From the NCBI GenBank assembly GCA_964016885.1, contig OZ024740.1, positions 62,434,001-62,498,000 on the forward strand: a stretch of DNA of 64,000 nucleotides, written 5' to 3'. A program made the translations under genes and the position numbers. Position 1 is the first letter of the stretch; each line of letters starts with the position of its first letter. Positions 1 through 14,900 of the stretch are shown here, piece by piece. A model generated the notes under the pieces. The model was not told the origin of the DNA, searched no databases, and saw only the letters and a list, made by a program, of their open reading frames with translations. The DNA is from Eledone cirrhosa. Lineage: Eukaryota.

Positions 1-256
1 GTGGTAGGCCATATTTGGAAGTAATAGCGTTATGGGCCAAGTGACTGTAAGTGGTGTTGTCGACTTCGTAAACATTATTGGTTTTGTCGGAAAGAACGAA
101 AGTGTTATTAGAAGACCTAAATTTCTTAATATCATTTCTAAGTTTAGTTTGAAAGGTGTTAGGGTGATTGCAAACGGAAATGTTAGCAACTAAGTCAAGA
201 AGGTGCTCTACCACTACGGATATTACCTTCCAGTGTTCTACCGCTATATATATATA

Positions 257-665
257 TGTTTTTTTTCTTCCCATCCCTAAATTTTTTCCGTTTCTTCGTC
301 TTCCCACTCTCCTCTATCTTTTTATTTCTTCTTTTACTTCTCATTCTATCTTCTGATGATGAATTACCGCCCAAAACGTTAAGACACTTTTCCTTCTATA
401 TCAAGCATTAAACTGATATTTTTATTGATTGTACTATAATGCTTAATATAGTAGGAAAAGGGTCTTAACGTTTTGGGTAATAGTCCTTCATCTGAAGATA
501 AATGCGAAATAAAAGAAGAAATGGAAAAGTAGAGAGGAAGAAGAGGAGGGAACGGAAAGAAAAAGAATTTAGAGAAAAAGCACGTGTCTTCAACCAGTCA
601 TTTTGTGGAAATGCTGATCAGTGAGTATCTTAAATAGTAGAGAGGTTTTGAAAGGGAAATAATCC
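257..665. mobile_element. Inverted (tail-to-tail) pair of Penelope-like terminal-repeat remnants, each with a decayed minimal hammerhead motif
   Basis: About 257-412 (+) is the reverse complement of about 438-585. Both arms carry TCTT-C(T/A)GATGA...AAAC-GTT-AAGA (349-384 +, 463-498 -). The same family recurs at 1441-1545 (-) and 16220-16475 (+). Short HHR-bearing repeats in inverted arrangement are typical of PLE pseudo-LTRs. Confidence 0.6.
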
Positions 666-842
666 TTGTATATTTTGAGTAGAAGTATGTGTCTGTGTGT
701 TAGTTTGTTTGTCTGCTGAAAGAGGTGATTGGGTGTGTTTTAGACTGTAAGAAAACTAGCTGCTAAGAGAATGTAGAGTGCCAATGAGCGCACGCGAGTT
801 GACCAAGGCAGGGAGATATACGTATGTATGTAAAATTCTGCG

Positions 843-1068
843 TGTACACACACACACGCATGCACACACACATGCGCGCGCACACACACACAGACACACA
901 CACGCACATATGGACACACACACGCACACATGCACACACACACATACACGCACACACACATACACACACACATGCGCGCGCGCGCACACACACACACACA
1001 CAGACACACATACACACACATGCATACAAACGCGCACACACACACATGCGCCGCGCGCGCACACACGT
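843..1068. repeat. Imperfect (CA)n/(CG)n microsatellite
   Basis: Direct reading; explains the HT/CV low-complexity ORFs at 740-1265. Confidence 0.95.
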
Positions 1069-1440
1069 AGGGGGGGGGGGGGGTTGGCGTAGTAAATGTT
1101 GGAAACGTTCAACACCAACGGCCTCCCAGCACCGGAACTGGGTGTCACGTAAATACAACCGCATGCACCCTCAAGCGAGAGCCAATGAGGGTTGTATCTC
1201 TGTGGTGGTTGATGCTTGAGGGCGTGTATATGTGTACGTGCATACATGCACGCATACGTGTACATCTTAAAGTGTAGGGGCAGTGGAGGTGGTGGGAGAG
1301 GTATAGTTGGCGTTATAACGATTGTTGAGGCAGATGTTTGCTCGGAGAGGGAGAGAAGTAATTATGCACAAGAAGGTCGCTGAGATTACGGGCTGAAAGG
1401 TGGGTTAGGAAAGAAACCAGAGGAAGCACGTTTGATATAG

Positions 1441-1476
1441 TCTTAGCGTTTCGGTCACTAGACCTTCATCACAAGA
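1441..1476 (-). ncRNA. Minimal type I hammerhead-like motif, degenerate (C3 changed to G; GCT at the cleavage triplet)
   Basis: Minus strand reads TCTT-GTGATGA-A-GGTC-TAGT-GACC-GAAAC-GCT-AAGA; stems I and II pair perfectly. Confidence 0.55.
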
Positions 1477-1547
1477 TAGAGAGTAAAAAGAGGAAGTAGC
1501 GGAAAATTATTTTTGGAGAAAAAGCACCTGTGTGTTCAGTCAGCCAT

Positions 1548-1594
<47 letters not shown>

Positions 1595-1853
1595 TTTTAC
1601 TGATTTCAGACTGTGGCCACACTGGGGCACCACCATGATTTAGTCACTTATTTGTTTCTTTAAGTTTGCATCTATTCCCGAAGACGCAAAAAAGTTGAAC
1701 AGAGGCAATTTATTCCGCCTCCTAAGGTAATGTACTCGACTTCGCTATTTTATAGTAACTAGGAATTCTGATGGCTTTTCGTAAACTTATCAGTTTATAG
1801 AAATATTTACATTTCTTTACTAACCAGTTTTACGCACGCACACACACACACAT

Positions 1854-1885
<32 letters not shown>

Positions 1886-2682
1886 TGATCCATTGACTCG
1901 AGTAGTAGTAGTAGTACTTATTATTATTATCTACAGCAGCCAAAAGTAATATGTTACATGAAGACACATAAATAGGCAGAGCGTAAGAAAAATTTAGTCA
2001 AGACCAAATAGGCATTAAATCAAAATATTTCCTTGGTTAAGAGAATTGAAAAAGAAAACATCTTCCAGTCTAAATAACTCTATAAAGAAGAACAGATATA
2101 GGTCAAAAGTATGGTAGATTTCAATGTTGCACATTGGTAACAAGAATTACTACTGAACAAAGCAGCTGGTACAAACAGATGTATGAGCTTTTAAGGTTAT
2201 AAGAAACATTGATAACAAATTAAAAAAAATCAATGAATAGCTAGTAGCAGAGACACGAGGTGGGGGCTTGATTTCTATATGTCTCACATTCTCAGCAACC
2301 TTTTCGTTCCTTCTCTCATCTTGGATGCCGCAGAGGAATTTCATTGCATTCTTAGAGAATAAACAACTAACTGAAACACCGTAATTTATAGATAAATTAT
2401 AACTTTTAGCCTGTGGGACTCAAGACGTTTCTGGGATCAGGGCAGCTATAACGACCTTTTTTGTCATCGTTGGTGGTTTACTTTATTAGATATCAGGTGT
2501 TGTTTGTCTATTCCAGCGCATTAACCTCCCTATCATCTGTGATAAAATCAACTTGGCTTGCCTCCAATGTTTTTAGAGGAAAATACCAAAATTCCCGCTC
2601 TACGAGAGAAACTGCTTTTTATGAATGTTTATATCTAAACTATAATAAAGTAATAAGCGCGGGACTGCGTACGGTTTATAAT

Positions 2683-2811
2683 TTCTTCTTCTTCTTCTTC
2701 TTCTTCTTCTTCTTCTTCTTCTTCTTCTTCTTCTTCTTCTTCTTCTTCTTCTTCTTCTTCTTCTTCTTCTTCTTCTTCTTCTTCTTCTTCTTCTTCTTCT
2801 TCTTCTTCTTC
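2683..2811 (+). repeat. (CTT)n microsatellite, about 43 units
   Basis: Direct reading; source of the poly-F and poly-E ORFs. Confidence 0.97.
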
Positions 2812-2940
2812 TCTTACGACCATACCGTGTAATGAAATATGCAAGCTACTGCAATTTTCACTACCTCCCCTTTCTTACACAACACCCCTCGGCTGTTGCT
2901 ATGTGTGTGTTTATGTACGTATGTGTAGAAATTCATATAC

Positions 2941-5900
2941 ATCTTTATACAGCCCTTTACGTCGGTCAGTCCATGCACATAAGCTTACTCCCACATCAAC
3001 ACTCCATCTTTATACAGCCCGTTACGTCGGTCAGTTCATGCACATAAACTTACTCCCACATCAACACTCCATATTTATACAGCCCTTTACGTCGGTCAGT
3101 TCATGCACATAAGCTTACTCCCACATCAACACACCATCTTTATACACCCCTTTACGTCGGTCAGACCTTCCACATAGGCTTACTCCCACATCAACACTCC
3201 ATCTTTAAAAAGCCGTATACGTCGGTCAGTTCATGCACATAAGCTTACTCCCACATCAACACTCCATCTTTATACACCCCTTTATGTCGGTCAGTCCATC
3301 CACATAGGCTTACTCCCACATCAACACTCCATCTTTATACATCCCTTTACGTCGGTCAGTCCATGCACATAACCTTACTCCCACATCAACACTCCATCTT
3401 TATACAGCCCTTTACGTCGGTCAGTTCATGCACATAAGCTTACTCCCACATCAACACTCCATCTTTATACAGCCCTTTACGTCGGTCAGTTCATGCACAT
3501 AAGCTTACTCCCACATCAACACTCCATCTTTATACACCCCTTTACGTCGGTCAGTCCATCCACATAGGCTTACTCCCACATCAACACTCCATATTTATAC
3601 AGCCCTTTATGTCGGTCAGTTCATGCACATAAGCTTACTCCCACATCAACACTCCATCTTTATACACGCCTTTACGTCGGTCAGTCCATCCACATAGGCT
3701 TACTCCCACATCAACACTCCATCTTTATACAGCCCTTTACGTCGGTCAGTTCATGCACATAACCTTACTCCCACATCAACACTCCATCTTTATACAGCCC
3801 TTTACGTCGGTCAGTCCATGCACATAATCTTACTCCCACATCAACACTCCATCTTTATACAGCCCTTTAGGTCGGTCAGTTCATGCACATAACCTTACTC
3901 CCACATCAACACTCCATCTTTATACAGCCCTTTACGTCGGTCAGTTCATGCACATAAGCTTACTCCCACATCAACACTCCATCTTTATACACCCCTTTAC
4001 GTCGGTCAGTCCATCCACATAGGCTTACTCCCACATCAACACTCCATCTTTATACACCCCTTTACGTCGGTCAGTCCATCCACATAGGCTTACTCCCACA
4101 TCAACACTCCATCTTTATACATCCCTTTACGTCGGTCAGTCCATTCACATAACCTTACTCCCACATCAACACTCCATATTTATACAGCCCTTTATGTCGG
4201 TCAGTTCATGCACATAAGCTTACTCCCACATCAACACTCCATCTTTATACAGCCCTTTACGTCGGTCAGTCCTTCCACATAGGCTTACTCCCACATCAAC
4301 ACTCCATCTTTATACAGCCCTTTACGTCGGTCAGTTCATGCACATAAACTTACTCCCACATCAACACTCCATCTTTATACAGCCCTTTACGTCGGTCAGT
4401 CCATGCACATAATCTTACTCCCACATCAACACTCCATCTTTATACAGCCCTTTAGGTCTGTCAGTTCATGCACATAACCTTACTCCCACATCAACACTCC
4501 ATCTTTATACAGCCCTTTACGTCGGTCAGTTCATGCACATAAGCTTACTCCCACATCAACACTCCATCTTTATACAGCCCTTTAGGCCGGTCAGTTCATG
4601 CACATAAGCTTACTCCCACATCAACACTCCATCTTTATACAGCCCTTTACGTCGGTCAGTTCATGCACATAAGCTTATTCCCACATCAACACTCCATCTT
4701 TATACAGCCCTTTACGTCGGTCAGTTCATGCACATAAGCTTATTCCCACATCAACACTCCATCTTTATACAGCCCTTTACGTCGGTCAGTTCATGCACAT
4801 AACCTTACTCCCACATCAACACTCCATCTTTATACAGCCCTTTACGTCGGTCAGTTCATGCACATAAGCTTACTCCCACATCAACACTCCATCTTTATAC
4901 AGCCCTTTACGTCGGTCAGTTCATGCACATAAGCTTATTCCCACATCAACACTCCATCTTTATACAGCCCTTTACGTCGGTCAGTTCATGCACATAACCT
5001 TACTCCCACATCAACACTCCATCTTTATACAGCCCTTTACGTCGGTCAGTTCATGCACATAACCTTACTCCCACATCAACACTCCATCTGTATACAGCCC
5101 TTTACGTCGTTCAGTTCATGCACATAAGCTTACTCCCACATCAACACTCCATCTTTATACAGCCCTTTACGTCGGTCAGTTCATGCACATAAGCTTATTC
5201 CCACATCAACACTCCATCTTTATACAGCCCTTTACGTCGGTCAGTTCATGCACATAACCTTACTCCCACATCAACACTCCATCTTTATACAGCCCTTTAC
5301 GTCGGTCAGTTCATGCACATAACCTTACTCCCACATCAACACTCCATCTGTATACAGCCCTTTACGTCGTTCAGTTCATGCACATAACCTTACTCCCACA
5401 TCAACACTCCATCTTTATACAGCCCTTTACGTCGGTCAGTTCATGCACATAACCTTACTCCCACATCAACACTCCATCTTTATACAGCCCTTTACGTCGG
5501 TCAGTTCATGCACATAACCTTACTCCCACATCAACACTCCATCTGTATACAGCCCTTTACGTCGGTCAGTCCATGCACATAAGCTTACTCCCACATCAAC
5601 ACTCCATCTTTATACAGCCCGTTACGTCGGTCAGTTCATGCACATAAACTTACTCCCACATCAACACTCCATATTTATACAGCCCTTTACGTCGGTCAGT
5701 TCATGCACATAAGCTTACTCCCACATCAACACACCATCTTTATACACCCCTTTACGTCGGTCAGACCTTCCACATAGGCTTACTCCCACATCAACACTCC
5801 ATCTTTAAAAAGCCGTATACGTCGGTCAGTTCATGCACATAAGCTTACTCCCACATCAACACTCCATCTTTATACACCCCTTTATGTCGGTCAGTCCATC

Positions 5901-8900
5901 CACATAGGCTTACTCCCACATCAACACTCCATCTTTATACATCCCTTTACGTCGGTCAGTCCATGCACATAACCTTACTCCCACATCAACACTCCATCTT
6001 TATACAGCCCTTTACGTCGGTCAGTTCATGCACATAAGCTTACTCCCACATCAACACTCCATCTTTATACAGCCCTTTACGTCGGTCAGTTCATGCACAT
6101 AAGCTTACTCCCACATCAACACTCCATCTTTATACACCCCTTTACGTCGGTCAGTCCATCCACATAGGCTTACTCCCACATCAACACTCCATATTTATAC
6201 AGCCCTTTATGTCGGTCAGTTCATGCACATAAGCTTACTCCCACATCAACACTCCATCTTTATACACGCCTTTACGTCGGTCAGTCCATCCACATAGGCT
6301 TACTCCCACATCAACACTCCATCTTTATACAGCCCTTTACGTCGGTCAGTTCATGCACATAACCTTACTCCCACATCAACACTCCATCTTTATACAGCCC
6401 TTTACGTCGGTCAGTCCATGCACATAATCTTACTCCCACATCAACACTCCATCTTTATACAGCCCTTTAGGTCGGTCAGTTCATGCACATAACCTTACTC
6501 CCACATCAACACTCCATCTTTATACAGCCCTTTACGTCGGTCAGTTCATGCACATAAGCTTACTCCCACATCAACACTCCATCTTTATACACCCCTTTAC
6601 GTCGGTCAGTCCATCCACATAGGCTTACTCCCACATCAACACTCCATCTTTATACACCCCTTTACGTCGGTCAGTCCATCCACATAGGCTTACTCCCACA
6701 TCAACACTCCATCTTTATACATCCCTTTACGTCGGTCAGTCCATTCACATAACCTTACTCCCACATCAACACTCCATATTTATACAGCCCTTTATGTCGG
6801 TCAGTTCATGCACATAAGCTTACTCCCACATCAACACTCCATCTTTATACAGCCCTTTACGTCGGTCAGTCCTTCCACATAGGCTTACTCCCACATCAAC
6901 ACTCCATCTTTATACAGCCCTTTACGTCGGTCAGTTCATGCACATAAACTTACTCCCACATCAACACTCCATCTTTATACAGCCCTTTACGTCGGTCAGT
7001 CCATGCACATAATCTTACTCCCACATCAACACTCCATCTTTATACAGCCCTTTAGGTCTGTCAGTTCATGCACATAACCTTACTCCCACATCAACACTCC
7101 ATCTTTATACAGCCCTTTACGTCGGTCAGTTCATGCACATAAGCTTACTCCCACATCAACACTCCATCTTTATACAGCCCTTTAGGCCGGTCAGTTCATG
7201 CACATAAGCTTACTCCCACATCAACACTCCATCTTTATACAGCCCTTTACGTCGGTCAGTTCATGCACATAAGCTTATTCCCACATCAACACTCCATCTT
7301 TATACAGCCCTTTACGTCGGTCAGTTCATGCACATAAGCTTATTCCCACATCAACACTCCATCTTTATACAGCCCTTTACGTCGGTCAGTTCATGCACAT
7401 AACCTTACTCCCACATCAACACTCCATCTTTATACAGCCCTTTACGTCGGTCAGTTCATGCACATAACCTTACTCCCACATCAACACTCCATCTGTATAC
7501 AGCCCTTTACGTCGTTCAGTTCATGCACATAAGCTTACTCCCACATCAACACTCCATCTTTATACAGCCCTTTACGTCGGTCAGTTCATGCACATAAGCT
7601 TATTCCCACATCAACACTCCATCTTTATACAGCCCTTTACGTCGGTCAGTTCATGCACATAACCTTACTCCCACATCAACACTCCATCTTTATACAGCCC
7701 TTTACGTCGGTCAGTTCATGCACATAACCTTACTCCCACATCAACACTCCATCTGTATACAGCCCTTTACGTCGTTCAGTTCATGCACATAACCTTACTC
7801 CCACATCAACACTCCATCTTTATACAGCCCTTTACGTCGGTCAGTTCATGCACATAACCTTACTCCCACATCAACACTCCATCTTTATACAGCCCTTTAC
7901 GTCGGTCAGTTCATGCACATAACCTTACTCCCACATCAACACTCCATCTGTATACAGCCCTTTACGTCGGTCAGTTCATGCACATAACCTTACTCCCACA
8001 TCAAGTCTCCATCTTTATACAGCCCTATACGTCGGTCAGTTGTAACACATAAGCTTACTCCCACATCAACACTCCATCTTTATACACCCCTTTACGTCGG
8101 TCAGTCCATCCACATAGGCTTACTCCCACATCAACACTGCATCTTTATACAGCCCTTTACGTCGGTCAGTCCATGCACATAACCTTACTCCCACATCAAC
8201 ACTCCATCTTTATACAGCCCTTTACGTCGGTCAGTTCATGTACATAACCTTACTCCCACATCAACACTCCATCTTTATACACCCCTTTACCTCGGTCAGT
8301 CCATCCACATAGGCTTACTCCCACATCAACACTGCATCTTTATACAGCCCTTTACGTCGGTCAGTTCATGCACATAACCTTACTCCCACATCAACACTCC
8401 ATCTTTATACAGCCCTTTACGTCGGTCAGTTCATGTACATAACCTTACTCCCACATCAACACTCCATCTTTATACAGCCCTTTACGTCGGTCAGTTCATG
8501 CACATAAGCTTACTCACACATCAAAACTCCATCTTTATACAGCCCTTTACGTCGGTCAGTCCATCCACATAACCTTACTCCCACATCAACACTCCATCTT
8601 TATACACCCCTTTATGTCGGTCAGTCCATCCACATAGCCTTACTCCCACATCAACACTCCATCTTTATACAGCCCTTTACGTCGGTCAGTCCATGCGCAT
8701 AACCTTACTCCCACATCAACACTCCATCTTTATACAGCCCTTTACGTCGATCAGTTCATGCACATAACCTTACTCCCACATCAACACTCCATCTTTATAC
8801 AGCCCTTTACGTCGGTCAGTCCATGCGCATAACCTTACTCCCACATCAACACTCCATCTTTATACAGCCCTTTACGTCGGTCAGTCCATGCACATAACCT

Positions 8901-11900
8901 TACTCCCACATCAACACTCCATCTTCATAAAGCCCTATACGTCGGTCAGTTCATACACATAAGTTTACTCCCACATCAACACTCCACCTTTATAAACCCC
9001 TTTACGTCGGTCAGTCCATCCACATAGGCTTACTCACACATCAACACTCCATCTTTATACACCCCTTTACGTCGGTCAGTTCATGCACATAAGTTTACTC
9101 CCACATCAACACTCCATCTTTATACAGCCCTTTACGTGGGTCAGTTCATGCACATAAACTTACTCCCACATCAACACTCCATCTTTATACAGCCCTTTAC
9201 GTCGGTCAGGCCATGCACATAATCTTACTCACACATCAACACTCCATCTTTATACAGCCCTTTACGTGGGTCAGTTCATGCACATAAGTTTACTCCCACA
9301 TCAACACTCCATCTTTATACAGCCCTTTACGTCGGTCAGTTCATGCACATAAACTTACTCCCACATCAACACTCCATCTTTATACAGCCCTTTACGTCGG
9401 TCAGTTCATGCACATAAGCTTACTCACATATCAACACTCCATCTTTATACAGCCCTTTACGTCGGTTAGTCCATGCACATAAGCTTACTCCCACATCAAG
9501 TCTCCATCTTTATACAGCCCTTTACGTCGGTCAGTTCATGCACATAAGCTTACTCCCACATCAACACTCCATCTTTATACAGCCCCTTACGTCGGTCGGT
9601 TCATGCACATAAGCTTACTCACACATCAACACTCCATCTTTATACAGCCCTTTACGTCGGTCAGTCCATCCACATAACCTTTCTCCCACATCAACACTCC
9701 ATTTTATACAGCCCTTTACGTCGGTCAGTTCATGCACATAAGCTTACTCACACATCAACACTCCATCTTTATACAGCCCTTTACGTCGGTCCGTCCATTC
9801 ACATAATCTTACTCCCACATCAAGACTCCATCTTTATACACCCCTTTACGTCGGTCAGTCTATGCACATAAGCTTACTCCCACATCAACACTCCATCTTT
9901 ATACAGCCCTTTACGTCGGACAGTCCATGCACATAACCTTACTCCCACATCAATACTCCATCTTTATACAGCCCTTCACGTCGGACAGTCCATGCACATA
10001 ACCTTACTCCCACATCAACACTCCATCTTTATACAGCCCTTTACGTCGGTCAGTCCATGCACATAACCTTACTCCCACATCAACACTCCATCTTTATACA
10101 CCCCTTTACGTCGGTCAGTCTATGCACATAACCTTACTCCCACATCAACTCTCCATCTTTATACAGCCCTTCACGTCGGACAGTCCATGCACATAACCTT
10201 ACTCCCACATCAACACTTCATCTTTATACAGCCCTTTACGTCGGTCAGTCCATGCACATAAGCTTACTCCCACATCAACACTCCATTTTTATACAGCCCT
10301 TTACGTTGGTCAATCCATGCACATAAGCTTACTCCCACATCAACACTCCATCTTTATACAGCCCTTTACGTCGGTCCGTCCATTCACATAATCTTACTCC
10401 CACATCAACACTCCATCTTTATACAGCCCTATACGTCGGTCAGTTCATGCACATAATCTTACTCCCACATCAACACTCCATCTTTATACAGCCCTTTACG
10501 TCGGACAGTCCATGCACATAAGCTTACTCCCACATCAACTCTCCATTTTTATACAGCCCTTCACGTCGGACAGTCCATGCACATAACCTTACTCCCACAT
10601 CAACACTTCATCTTTATACAGCCCTTTACGTCGGTCCGTCCATTCACATAATCTTGCTCCCACATCAACACTCCATCTTTATACACCCCTTTACGTCGGT
10701 CAGTCTATGCACATAACGTTACTCCCACATCAACACTCCATCTTTATACAGCCCTTTACGTCGATAAATTCATGCACATAACCTTACTCCCACATCAACA
10801 CTCCATCCTTATACAGCCTTTTACGTCGGTCAGTCCATGCACATGAGCTTACTTCCACATCAACACTCGATCTTTATACAGCCCTTTACGTCGGTCAGTC
10901 CATGCACATAATCTTACTCCCACATCAACACTCCATCTTTATACAGCCCTTTACGTCGGACAGTCCATGCACATAACCTTACTCCCACATCAACTCTCCA
11001 TCTTTATACAGCCCTTCACGTCGGACAGTCCATGCACATAACCTTACTCCCACATCAACACTTCATCTTTATACAGCCCTTTACGTCGGTCCGTCCATTC
11101 ACATAATCTTACTCCCACATCAACACTCCATCTTTATACACCCCTTTACGTCGGTCAGTCTATGCACATAACGTTACTCCCACATCAACACTCCATCTTT
11201 ATACAGCCCTTTACGTCGATAAATCCATGCACATAACCTTACTCCCACATCAACACTCCATCCTTATACAGCCTTTTACGTCGGTCAGTCCATGCACATG
11301 AGCTTACTCCCACATCAACACTCCATCTTTATACAGCCCTTTACGTCGGTCAGTCCATGCACATAATCTTACTCCCACATCAACACTCCATCTTTATACA
11401 GCCCTTTACGTCGGACAGTCCATGCACATAACCTTACTCCCACATCAACACTCCATCTTTATACAGCCCTTTACGTCGGTCAGTCCATGCACATAACCTT
11501 ACTCCCACATCAACACTTCATCTTTATACAGCCCTTTACGTCGGTCAGTCCATGCACATAAGCTTACTCCCACATCAACACTCCATCTTTATACAGCCCT
11601 TTACGTCGGTCAATCCATGCACATAAGCTTACTCCCACATCAACACTCCATCTTTATACACCCCTTTACGTCGGTCAGTTCATGCACATAACCTTACTCC
11701 CACATCAACACTCCATCTTTATACAGCCCTATACGTCGGTCAGTTCATGCACATAAACTTACTCCCACATCAACACTCCATATTTATACAGCCCTTTACG
11801 TCGGTCAGTTCATGCACATAACCTTACTCCCACATCAACACTCCATCTTTATACAGCCCTTTACGTCGGTCAGTTCATCCACATAAGCTTATTCCCACAT

Positions 11901-14900
11901 CAACACTCCATCTTTATACAGCCCTTTACGTCGGTCAGTCCATCCACATAAGCTTACTCCCAGATCAAGTCTCCATCTTTATACACCCCTTTACGTCGGT
12001 CAGTCCATGCACATAACCTTACTCCCACAGCAACACTCCATCTTTATACAGCCCTATACGTCGGTCAGTCCATGCACATAAGCTTACTCCCACATCAACA
12101 CTCCATCTTTATACATCCCTTTACGTCGGTCAGTCCATGCACATAACCTTACTCCCACATCAACACTCCATCTTTATACAACCCTTTACGTCGGTCAGTC
12201 CATCCAAATAAGCTTACTCCCACATCAACACTCCATCTTTATACATCCCTTTACGTCGGTCAGTCCATGCACATAACCTTACTCCCACATCAACACTCCA
12301 TCTTTATACAACCCTTTACGTCGGTCAGTCCATCCAAATAAGCTTACTCCCACATCAACACTCCATCTTTATACAGCCCTTTACGTCGGTCAGTCCATCC
12401 ACATACACTTACTCCCACATCAACACTCCATCTTTATACACCCCTTTACGTCGGTCAGTTCATGCACATAACCTTACTCCAACATCAACACTCCATCTTT
12501 ATACAGCCCTTTATGTCGGTCACTCCATGCACATAACCTTACTCCCACATCAACTCTCCATCTTTATACATCTCTTTACGTCGGTCAGTTAATGCACATA
12601 AGATTACTCCCACATCAACACTCCATCTTTATACATCCCTTTACGTCGGTCAGTCCATTCACATAACCTTACTCCCACATCAACACTCCATCTTTATACA
12701 GCCCTTTACGTCGGTCAGTCCATGCACATAACCTTACTCCCACATCAACACCCCATCTTTATACAGCTCTTTACGTCGGTCAGTTCATGCACATAAGCTT
12801 ACTCCCACATCAACACTCCATCTTTATACAGCCCTTCACGTCGGACAGTCCATGCACATAACGTTACTCCCACATCAACACTCCATCTTTATACAGCCCT
12901 TTACGTCGATAAATCCATGCACATAACCTTACTCCCACATCAACACTCCATCCTTATACAGCCTTTTACGTCGGTCAGTCCATGCACATGAGCTTACTCC
13001 CACATCAACACTCCATCTTTATACAGCCCTTTACGTCGGTCAGTCCATGCACATAATCTTACTCCCACATCAACACTCCATCTTTATACAGCCCTTTACG
13101 TCGGACAGTCCATGCACATAACCTTACTCCCACATCAACACTCCATCTTTATACAGCCCTTCACGTCGGACAGTCCATGCACATAACCTTACTCCCACAT
13201 CAACACTTCATCTTTATACAGCCCTTTACGTCGGTCAGTCCATGCACATAAGCTTACTCCCACATCAACACTCCATCTTTATACACCCCTTTACGTCGGT
13301 CAATCCATGCACATAAGCTTACTCCCACATCAACACTCCATCTTTATACACCCCTTTACGTCGGTCAGTTCATGCACATAACCTTACTCCCACATCAACA
13401 CTCCATCTTTATACAGCCCTATACGTCGGTCAGTTCATGCACATAAACTTACTCCCACATCAACACTCCATATTTATACAGCCCTTTACGTCGGTCAGTT
13501 CATGCACATAACCTTACTCCCACATCAACACTCCATCTTTATACAGCCCTTTACGTCGGTCAGTTCATCCACATAAGCTTATTCCCACATCAACACTCCA
13601 TCTTTATACAGCCCTTTACGTCGGTCAGTCCATCCACATAAGCTTACTCCCAGATCAAGTCTCCATCTTTATACACCCCTTTACGTCGGTCAGTCCATGC
13701 ACATAACCTTACTCCCACAGCAACACTCCATCTTTATACAGCCCTATACGTCGGTCAGTCCATGCACATAAGCTTACTCCCACATCAACACTCCATCTTT
13801 ATACATCCCTTTACGTCGGTCAGTCCATGCACATAACCTTACTCCCACATCAACACTCCATCTTTATACAACCCTTTACGTCGGTCAGTCCATCCAAATA
13901 AGCTTACTCCCACATCAACACTCCATCTTTATACAGCCCTTTACGTCGGTCAGTCCATCCACATAAACTTACTCCCACATCAACACTCCATCTTTATACA
14001 CCCCTTTACGTCGGTCAGTTCATGCACATAACCTTACTCCCACATCAACTCTCCATCTTTATACATCTCTTTACGTCGGTCAGTTAATGCACATAAGATT
14101 ACTCCCACATCAACACTCCATCTTTATACATCCCTTTACGTCGGTCAGTCCATTCACATAACCTTACTCCCACATCAACACTCCATCTTTATACAGCCCT
14201 TTACGTCGGTCAGTCCATGCACATAACCTTACTCCCACATCAACACCCCATCTTTATACAGCTCTTTACGTCGGTCAGTTCATGCACATAAGCTTACTCC
14301 CACATCAACACTCCATCTTTATACAGCACTTTACGTCGGTCAGTCCATCCACACAAGCTTACTCCCACATCAACACTCCATCTTTATACAGCTCTTTACG
14401 TCGGTCAGTCCATGCACATAACCTTATTCCCACATCAACACTCCATCTTTATACAGCTCTTTACGTCGGTCAGTTCATGCACATAAGCTTACTCCCACAT
14501 CAACACTCCATCTTTATACACCCCTTTACGTCGGTCAGTTCATGCACATAACCTTACTCCCACATCAACACTCCATCTTTATACAGCCCTATACGTCGGT
14601 CAGTTCATGCACATAAACTTACTCCCACATCAACACTCCATATTTATACAGCCCTTTAGGTCGGTCAGTCCATGCACATAACCTTATTCCCACATCAACA
14701 CTCCATCTTTATACAGCTCTTTACGTCGGTCAGTTCATGCACATAAGCTTACTCCCACATCAACACTCCATCTTTATACACCCCTTTACGTCGGTCAGTT
14801 CATGCACTTAACCTTACTCCCACATCAACACTCCATCTTTATACAGCCCTTTACGTCGGTCAGTTCATCCACATAAGCTTATTCCCACATCAACACTCCA

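Noticed and set aside
2966-2975. Hammerhead core in the satellite monomer (minus strand CTGACCGA)
   Set aside because: It does not match CTGANGA, and there is no GAAA or supporting stem.
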